Part shown: positions 58,072 through 64,000 of the stretch, piece after piece
Layout of the letters: each line of letters begins with the position of its first letter
Numbering within the stretch: the stretch's first letter is position 1
Assembly: GCA_038064675.1 (NCBI GenBank)
Contig: JBBTSM010000001.1
Location: 40,446 to 104,445 of the forward strand
Length of the DNA stretch: 64,000 nt
Source of the DNA: Patescibacteria group bacterium
Lineage (GTDB): Bacteria; Patescibacteriota; Patescibacteriia; UBA9934
Reading direction: 5' to 3'
Translations under genes and position numbers: made by a program
The notes under the pieces: generated by a model
Told to the model about the DNA's origin: nothing
What the model saw: only the letters and a program-made list of their open reading frames with translations
Database searches by the model: none

Positions 58072-58260
58072 ATGAAAATCCTCGATCGCATTAGGCTCAT
58101 GTTTGTGAAAGACGGCTCGCCCGACGAAAAGCGTCCGGACGACATGACATCCAAAAAGATGTCGGAAGCGATGTGCGCAATCGGCGACAAATGTTGCCAG
58201 GCGCCATCGGCGGAATCGAAATCCTGTTGCGGCGAGGATTGCGACTGTGATTGCAAATAA
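58072..58260 (+). CDS. Small Cys-rich (metallothionein-like / metal-binding) protein
   Basis: 62 aa with 10 Cys, including CC, CCGEDCDCDC. Confidence 0.4.
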   Translation: MKILDRIRLMFVKDGSPDEKRPDDMTSKKMSEAMCAIGDKCCQAPSAESKSCCGEDCDCDCK

Positions 58261-58429
58261 TATGGGAGAGCGTTGGCGAAAATTTACATCAGGAACACTG
58301 AAAACCATGCTCGCAGGTTTTTTGTACGTTCTCACTCTTCCTGCGGTGCGGAATTGGTTGATGAACTTACTGCTCGGCAAACGAAAAGCGAATCAGAAAG
58401 TGATCGACGTTGAGGCGAAGAAGGAATAA
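58247..58429 (+). CDS. Small membrane protein (60 aa)
   Basis: ORF with one TM helix. Confidence 0.3.
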   Translation: MIANNMGERWRKFTSGTLKTMLAGFLYVLTLPAVRNWLMNLLLGKRKANQKVIDVEAKKE

Positions 58430-58436
58430 GGCGATT

Positions 58437-59513
58437 ATGGCTGGTAAAGATTTCTACAAAGTTCTCGGAGTTGAAAAGTCTGCATCGCAAGACGATATTA
58501 AGCGTGCGTTTCGAAAACTGGCGCATGAGCACCATCCGGATAAGGGTGGAAAGGAAGAGAAGTTTAAGGAAATTAACGAGGCGTATCAAGCATTGGGCGA
58601 TGAGCAGAAGCGCGCGCAGTACGATCAATTTGGTTCCGCAGCGTTCGATGGAAGTGGCGGAGGAAATCCGTTTGGTGGTGGTAATCCATTCGGCGGAGGC
58701 GGAGGATTTGATTTTAGTGGTGCGGGGTTCGAGGATCTCGGCGACATTCTTGGTGGAATGTTTGGTGGCGGTGGCCGTCAGCAACGCGAGCCAAAGGGGG
58801 GGGATCTTGAGATTGGTATTCGGTTGAAATTTTCAGAAGCTGTGTTCGGTGTGGAGAAAGAAATTCCACTGACGAAGCATTCAAAATGTCCGCGATGCGC
58901 GGGAACGGCGGCAGAGCCTGGAACGAAAATGAAAACGTGTACGACGTGCGACGGAAAAGGATTCCGGGTAGTAATGCAGCGCACCATGCTTGGCGCGATG
59001 CAGATGAAAGCGGCGTGTGCGGAGTGCCACGGTCGCGGTGAGAAGCCGGAGAAGGATTGTACGGAGTGTCATGGCAAAGGCGCAGTTCACGGTCGAACAA
59101 CAGTTCGTTTCGATATCCCAGCTGGCGTGGACGACGGCATGAGCGTTCGCGTTCGTGGTGAAGGCGAAAGTATTGGTGCGCAAGGCGAGTCGGGAGATTT
59201 GTATCTGCGCCTTCGTGTTGAACCGGATCCGCGATTCAAGCGCGATGGGTTTACGATTTATGTCACAAAGAACATCGGCTTTACGCAGGCTGCGCTCGGC
59301 GACACGGTAGATGTTGATACGGTTGATGGAAAGGTTGAGGTGAAGATTCCACAGGGAACGCAGAGTGGTGATGAGCTTCGATTGCGAGGAAAAGGCGTGC
59401 CGAATAACCGTGGTCGTGGGGATCAGATTGTGATTGTGAAAGTGATTACGCCAACGAAGCTTGATAAGCGAATGCAAGAGTTGTTGAAGGAGATGAACTT
59501 GCGAGAAAAATAG
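58437..59513 (+). CDS. dnaJ: Chaperone DnaJ (J domain, G/F region, zinc-finger CxxCxGxG repeats, C-terminal domains)
   Basis: DFYKVLGV...HPDK J domain, four CxxCxG motifs, and an AAGGAA RBS. Confidence 0.95.
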   Translation: MAGKDFYKVLGVEKSASQDDIKRAFRKLAHEHHPDKGGKEEKFKEINEAYQALGDEQKRAQYDQFGSAAFDGSGGGNPFGGGNPFGGGGGFDFSGAGFEDLGDILGGMFGGGGRQQREPKGGDLEIGIRLKFSEAVFGVEKEIPLTKHSKCPRCAGTAAEPGTKMKTCTTCDGKGFRVVMQRTMLGAMQMKAACAECHGRGEKPEKDCTECHGKGAVHGRTTVRFDIPAGVDDGMSVRVRGEGESIGAQGESGDLYLRLRVEPDPRFKRDGFTIYVTKNIGFTQAALGDTVDVDTVDGKVEVKIPQGTQSGDELRLRGKGVPNNRGRGDQIVIVKVITPTKLDKRMQELLKEMNLREK

Positions 59514-59520
59514 AACGCGG

Positions 59521-60027
59521 GTGATGCGATATACTGTTCGCAGTATGTCTTTTGATTACTCCTCGTTGTTCGTGTTCGATGCAATGATCGCCGCGGGTGT
59601 TATCGCGGCCTCCTTCCTTTTTGTCTATACGATCGGTCGGTATTCCATTGTGCCGACGATTGCTGCACTTGGTATGGGTGCGACGTTTGCAGCACTCGCC
59701 CCGTTTGTGGGGCGCGTTCCCGGAATAAGCGCTTGGCCAGCGTATCAGCAGCACATTCTCATCTTTGCGCTCATGACGATCGCTGCATGTTTTGTTTTTC
59801 GAAGACATTCATACTTCGAGCCAAGCGCTATGCCGAGCAAGATTGAACTCGCAATGTGCGCAGTGCTTATTGCCGGATTCATTCTGGCGGTTCTTGGATC
59901 GTTTCTCCCTGCCGATGTGGTTACGGCACTCTCGCCGCATATGAAGCTTCTTTTCGTCGATGACATTCAAAGAACGTTGTGGTTGGTTGCTCCGGTGGCC
60001 GTTTTTGCTTTCATGAAGGGGCGATAA
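59521..60027 (+). CDS. Hypothetical membrane protein (five TM helices)
   Basis: Hydrophobic ORF. Confidence 0.45.
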   Translation: MMRYTVRSMSFDYSSLFVFDAMIAAGVIAASFLFVYTIGRYSIVPTIAALGMGATFAALAPFVGRVPGISAWPAYQQHILIFALMTIAACFVFRRHSYFEPSAMPSKIELAMCAVLIAGFILAVLGSFLPADVVTALSPHMKLLFVDDIQRTLWLVAPVAVFAFMKGR

Positions 60028-60084
60028 AAACCATCCTCAGGGCGGCTCGCCGAGCGGCGATTTCCAGGCTACAATCGGGGCACT

Positions 60085-61731
60085 ATGGCCGAAACGCTTT
60101 ACCGAAAATACCGTCCACAGTGCTTTGCGGATGTTGCGGAACAGGAGCACGTTTTACGAACAATTCAGCAGCAGTTGGCAAAGAATACGGTTGCACATGC
60201 GTATCTGTTTTCTGGTCCACGCGGGACGGGAAAAACGACTATCGCCCGATTGCTCGCGAAGGCGCTCAACTGCGAGAACCGCAAGGCGGGGGAGTCGGAG
60301 CCGTGTAACACGTGTTCCTCGTGTACCGACTTTGCGTCGGGCAGATTCATGTCGTGCATCGAGATCGACGCCGCATCGCAAACTGGCGTCGACAATGTTC
60401 GCGATAACATCATCGAGAACGCGCGCTTCGCTCCAAGCCGCGGGTCGTTCAAGGTATTTATTCTCGACGAAGTTCACATGCTTTCCGGTTCGTCATTCAA
60501 CGCGTTATTGAAGACGCTCGAAGAACCGCCGGCACATGCTATTTTCATTCTCGCAACAACCGAGCTTCATAAAATCCCCGCAACCATCGCGTCACGCTGC
60601 CAGCGTTTCGAGTTTCATCGCGTGCCGCCAGTAGTGATGATGCCGCGCCTGAAGAAGATTTCGGAAGCCGAGGGCTTCACGATCGACGACGATGTTCTTG
60701 CGCAGATTGCTCGCTTGAGTGAGGGCTGTTTGCGCGACGCAGAAAGTTTGCTCGGGCAAGTGCTCGCGCTGGGTGAAAAGAACGTCACACTCGCGGTGGC
60801 CTCGTTGGTATTGCCGATGACGAATATTGCCGTTGTTACCGATATCGTCGATGCAGTTGCGGTGAATGATGCGCAAAAGGCGCTGAAAATTGTCGGAACA
60901 TTTGTTGCTGACGGGGGTTCGATAAAACATCTCATCGAAGAGCTTCTTGAATACGTTCGTACGGTGATGTTCGCCGCATTCGGCGACACCACGATGGATG
61001 CGTACGACACGAAGACCGTTGAGCGATTGCGCGCAGCGGGATCGGTATTCGGAGTTTCTCGATCTCAAATGTTCCTCGACGCGCTGTTGTCCGCAAGAAC
61101 GCGATCGAGCTTGCCGGCAATCCCGCAGATCCCACTTGAGATTGCGATTTTGGATGTGTGTTCACCTCCCCCCGACCCCCTCCTTCGAAAGGAGGGGGAG
61201 AGGTCGGCGACATCGCTCCCCCTTACGAAGGGGGAGTCGGAGGGGGTGAAGAGAGCGATTGCCGCTCCCGCCGCCCGAGTGATTCCTGTCCTTCCTCCGT
61301 CACGTGTCATCGAAGAGCCAGCCACCCCAGACGCACCGATTCGATACGACTTTGCACCAATTCAGCAAATGGAATCTGTTGTTGCGGATCAGCCGTCGGG
61401 ATTAGCAGAAGCGCCAATCTTTCCCCTCGAGGAAATCGTGAACAAATGGGAACGGTGTATCGCGATCATCGCAGAAGACAACGTGGCACTTCCGCTCGTT
61501 CTTCGTGGCGCTGTTCCGGTGAAGGTTGAAGGATCGGTGGTGACGATTTCCTGTGCGTACGCGTTTCACGCCGATGCATTGAAAGAAGCAAAAGCAAGAA
61601 CGCTCGTTGAAGATGCGATTGAAAAAGTATTGCAACAGCGCGTAACAATCGTTTCCGTTCATGTTCCCGTAAAAGAAACGAGCGACGCAGTAACAGACTT
61701 CGTCAGTCAGCTCGGCGGGTCTCTTGCATAA
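60085..61731 (+). CDS. dnaX: DNA polymerase III subunit gamma/tau, with two palindromic repeat units inserted in frame in the linker after domain III
   Basis: AHAYLFSGPRGTGKTT, zinc module CxxC...C, ILDEVHMLS and SRCQRF motifs. Insertion SPPPDPLLRKEGERSATSLPLTKGESEGV at 61165-61248. Confidence 0.9.
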   Translation: MAETLYRKYRPQCFADVAEQEHVLRTIQQQLAKNTVAHAYLFSGPRGTGKTTIARLLAKALNCENRKAGESEPCNTCSSCTDFASGRFMSCIEIDAASQTGVDNVRDNIIENARFAPSRGSFKVFILDEVHMLSGSSFNALLKTLEEPPAHAIFILATTELHKIPATIASRCQRFEFHRVPPVVMMPRLKKISEAEGFTIDDDVLAQIARLSEGCLRDAESLLGQVLALGEKNVTLAVASLVLPMTNIAVVTDIVDAVAVNDAQKALKIVGTFVADGGSIKHLIEELLEYVRTVMFAAFGDTTMDAYDTKTVERLRAAGSVFGVSRSQMFLDALLSARTRSSLPAIPQIPLEIAILDVCSPPPDPLLRKEGERSATSLPLTKGESEGVKRAIAAPAARVIPVLPPSRVIEEPATPDAPIRYDFAPIQQMESVVADQPSGLAEAPIFPLEEIVNKWERCIAIIAEDNVALPLVLRGAVPVKVEGSVVTISCAYAFHADALKEAKARTLVEDAIEKVLQQRVTIVSVHVPVKETSDAVTDFVSQLGGSLA

Positions 61732-61735
61732 TCGA

Positions 61736-62104
61736 TTACGCGAGGTGGGTCTGTGACTCGAAGTATGCGCGAGCTCGATTCACGTCGTCTGCAACTTTCT
61801 TGCGCATGGCTTCTTCGCCGGTCCAGGGAACGAGTTCCGAGAGTTTTGATCGGACATCCACACTCAATCGTGTGCCATAAAGGTCGCTGGTGAAGTCGAA
61901 GAGATGCACTTCGAATTTTCCACGCCGGTCAGCATCGAAGCAGATGAGTGCTTCAAAATGCTCGTCGCCCCACGTCGCATAGCCGGCATACACGCCAGGG
62001 GCAAGATCTGGACGTTCAAGCAGCGAAAGATTCGCGGTAGGGATTCCATATCCCTCACCGGCAAATCCATCACCATGAATGACATTTCCCGTGAGCATTG
62101 CCAT
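61736..62104 (-). CDS. Monofunctional riboflavin kinase
   Basis: GYGIPTANL, GVYA and EVHLFDF..DLYG motifs of the RibF C-terminal kinase domain. Start uncertain (62104, 62098 or 62125). Confidence 0.75.
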   Translation of the reverse strand: MAMLTGNVIHGDGFAGEGYGIPTANLSLLERPDLAPGVYAGYATWGDEHFEALICFDADRRGKFEVHLFDFTSDLYGTRLSVDVRSKLSELVPWTGEEAMRKKVADDVNRARAYFESQTHLA

Positions 62105-62133
62105 AGTGAATTCACTGTAGCACAAACAAAAAT

Positions 62134-62151
62134 ACCCGGAAATGACCGGGT
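62134..62151 (-). terminator. Hairpin ACCCGG-AAATGA-CCGGGT with a T-run on the minus strand
   Basis: Lies downstream of the 62164-63114 minus-strand gene. Confidence 0.55.
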
Positions 62152-62163
62152 ATTCTTGTAAAA

Positions 62164-63114
62164 CTAGTGTGACGCGGACTCTCCTGAGGAGTCGCTGGAT
62201 CCGCCCGAGCTATCACTATCCGATGAATCTTCGCTGTCGGTTGATGAATCTTCTGTTTGCGTGTCTTCAGTAACCGTGTCTTGATTTTTTGAGTCTCCAT
62301 TGTCTTCTATTTCATCTGTATTGTCGTCTTGCGTAGCGGTGTCGTTCGCTTCTTCTGAAGCGTCGTCGACTTCTGCGACGTCTGGCACCTCGGTATGATC
62401 TTCTTCCTTTACATGTTTTGGACGAAGGTCGTCGATAATGCCCTGAAGAACATCGATTGCTGCTTGATTGTCCACCTTCGTGAGTGCGAGTGCGACACCG
62501 AGACGCTTTTCAATGTCGTCAACCTGCAACGCATGTTCCTTGAGAACTTTTTCCTTGTCTGCATCTAATGCGGCATCAATTTCCGTTGCCGATCCGTCTT
62601 GTTCTTCGCGGAATAGGTTGCCATCTGAATCTTCGAGAACGGTTCCTTCTGGAATCTCTCCGTCTTCAAGCGGAGCGCCAACGGTAAAACTGGACCAGAA
62701 TGCCTCAGAAACATCATCAACGCGGCTGCTCCAGTCGTCGCCGTAGAGGTTCTTTGCGGTATCTTCGTCGGGAATTTCTCGGAGGACACCGTCACTTTCA
62801 ACGGCATACACCGAAGGATCGCTTGGAATTTTTACCAAACGTGTTCCCGCTTGATACACTAGGCGATCGCCGATAGGAAACGATGCAAGGTCGTCGCATG
62901 AAATCGTCTTCACGGTGCTGAAATCTGAATACCAACTGAGATACATTTTCTCGTTCGGGAACACGTACCGATCCCCGTCGTCGGCGATGTAGTACACCGA
63001 TGAGAAATCCGGACACTTCACCAAATCATTTGCTCCAGCGGCAAACGCGCGATGTGCGGGGAATGAGGACGAAAGGAGTGCCGCGAGTGCGACGAAGGAA
63101 AGGACTTTGTTCAT
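62164..63114 (-). CDS. Secreted acidic protein with an Asp/Ser/Glu-rich C-terminal tail
   Basis: Signal peptide MNKVLSFVALAALLSSSFPAHRAFA. Low-complexity SDSEDSSDSDSS tail. Confidence 0.5.
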   Translation of the reverse strand: MNKVLSFVALAALLSSSFPAHRAFAAGANDLVKCPDFSSVYYIADDGDRYVFPNEKMYLSWYSDFSTVKTISCDDLASFPIGDRLVYQAGTRLVKIPSDPSVYAVESDGVLREIPDEDTAKNLYGDDWSSRVDDVSEAFWSSFTVGAPLEDGEIPEGTVLEDSDGNLFREEQDGSATEIDAALDADKEKVLKEHALQVDDIEKRLGVALALTKVDNQAAIDVLQGIIDDLRPKHVKEEDHTEVPDVAEVDDASEEANDTATQDDNTDEIEDNGDSKNQDTVTEDTQTEDSSTDSEDSSDSDSSGGSSDSSGESASH

Positions 63115-63128
63115 ATGCATGAAGTATA

Positions 63129-63929
63129 TCATTTTTCTCTGTAGATTCTTGCGGAGCCGTCGAGAAGCGTGAGATCGATCGATTGGGTAATCATCGACTC
63201 CTCGTTGTGCTCTGCTCGTTCAATTGCGCCCAGAACTGGCATGACAATCTGCGAATGACCAATGAGTGTGTCGGTGGATCCGTTGGGGAACGTCATCACG
63301 CCGGCGGCGTTGCAATACACGAGCGCAGCGTTCGTTTCCACCGACCTCGCAATACACAGCGCGTCGAGCAACTGTTCTTCTGATCGTGGATTGTATTCTG
63401 CCATCGATTCCGCAATTTCGCGATACCAGTAGCTCGGACAGTAAACGATTTGTACGCCTTGTTTCCTTATCCGTTCGAAGATTTCTGGGAACAGCACGTC
63501 CCAACAAATGACGATTCCGGCGCGACCGAACCGCGTTTCGAATACGGGAGCGTCGGTTCCTGGATTAAGGAATCGATACTCGGCGGGGTAAAGATGATTC
63601 TTGCGGTAGGTCCCGAGAACATTACCTTCAAAGTCGATGTAATAACTCGTGTTGAAGTTTCCTTCCTCCGTTTTCTCCATTACTGATCCTGTCACGATAT
63701 CGATCGCGTACTTTTTTGCCAACGATCGGAACCGATCACGAACCGTACGATCGGTATCGAGCTTCGTCAGATCACCAAAGATTGATGCGGTGATGCAGTC
63801 TTCTGGAAAGACAACAACATCTGCTAAATCGGATTTTGCACGTTGGATGAATTCTTCGATGCGTGTGAAGTTTGCTTCGGTGTCGAGGTGCGTAATACGA
63901 AATTGAACAACGGCAATACGTGGATGCAT
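63129..63929 (-). CDS. Carbon-nitrogen hydrolase (nitrilase superfamily) protein
   Basis: Catalytic triad context FPED (Glu), a Lys block, and GIVICWD (Cys). Confidence 0.8.
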   Translation of the reverse strand: MHPRIAVVQFRITHLDTEANFTRIEEFIQRAKSDLADVVVFPEDCITASIFGDLTKLDTDRTVRDRFRSLAKKYAIDIVTGSVMEKTEEGNFNTSYYIDFEGNVLGTYRKNHLYPAEYRFLNPGTDAPVFETRFGRAGIVICWDVLFPEIFERIRKQGVQIVYCPSYWYREIAESMAEYNPRSEEQLLDALCIARSVETNAALVYCNAAGVMTFPNGSTDTLIGHSQIVMPVLGAIERAEHNEESMITQSIDLTLLDGSARIYREK

Positions 63930-64000
63930 AAAAATGGTTAAGAAATAAAACCTATTTCTTAACGCATCTTCGGTGGTTCAAAAATCGTTTGGCTAATCAT

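Noticed and set aside
1-64000. rRNA genes or additional tRNAs
   Set aside because: No 16S/23S/5S-like conserved stretches were seen. Only one convincing cloverleaf (tRNA-Glu) was found in the intergenic regions. An exhaustive tRNAscan/Infernal run would be needed to exclude others.

Overview
The window is a dense bacterial chromosomal segment of about 52% GC, with short intergenic gaps and several overlapping start/stop junctions. It contains no rRNA genes and one tRNA (tRNA-Glu, anticodon CTC). I infer, with low confidence, that it comes from a small-genome, possibly CPR/Patescibacteria-like bacterium: it carries peptidoglycan and cell-envelope genes, many hypothetical proteins, a VirD4/TraD-like ATPase with a C-terminal zinc ribbon, and an extracellular thermonuclease with an Excalibur domain.

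Recognisable housekeeping content:
- Envelope and secretion genes: mltG, a TerC-family protein, uppP, a PBP transpeptidase, a murF-like Mur ligase, glmS, a UDP-glucose 6-dehydrogenase, a ManC fragment and secDF.
- tRNA and rRNA modification genes: tgt, a TrmH/SpoU methyltransferase, tsaC, ybaK and a class-I rRNA methyltransferase.
- Nucleotide and DNA metabolism genes: a class II B12-dependent ribonucleotide reductase (nrdJ) with a NUDIX hydrolase and a cobalamin adenosyltransferase, a UvrD/PcrA helicase, and dnaX.
- A complete heat-shock operon with a perfect CIRCE operator (hrcA-grpE-dnaK-ybaK-...-dnaJ).
- Metabolic genes: malic enzyme, threonine aldolase, a riboflavin kinase, a Kef/RCK antiporter, a carbon-nitrogen hydrolase and a LOG-family protein.

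Observations worth a second look:
1. A strongly AT-rich four-gene island (about 3.1-8.9 kb) encodes two large proteins with no recognisable motifs, a MazG-like NTP pyrophosphohydrolase and a GIY-YIG nuclease fused to a DUF2075 ATPase. It looks like a horizontally acquired, candidate defence or mobile-element-derived module.
2. GC-rich palindromic repeat units of the form CCCTCCCCCTTACGAAGGGGGAG appear in-frame inside essential genes (tgt, the PBP, dnaX and, with a different palindrome, grpE) as well as in intergenic DNA. This resembles the Rickettsia palindromic elements that insert into ORFs.
3. A modular repeat family of about 260 bp sits immediately 3' of stop codons. Each copy begins TTCCGTCAT and contains a CRISPR type I-E-like palindrome, GTCATCCCCGCGCAGGCGGGGATCCA.
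4. SecD carries two tandem parvulin-type PPIase domains where the P1 head domain normally sits.
5. An operon links a hypothetical protein, a DUF45 metallohydrolase, a GIY-YIG nuclease and UvrD.
6. A GC3-biased two-gene cassette lies next to tRNA-Glu, and an orphan CGG-biased transcription unit lies upstream of hrcA.
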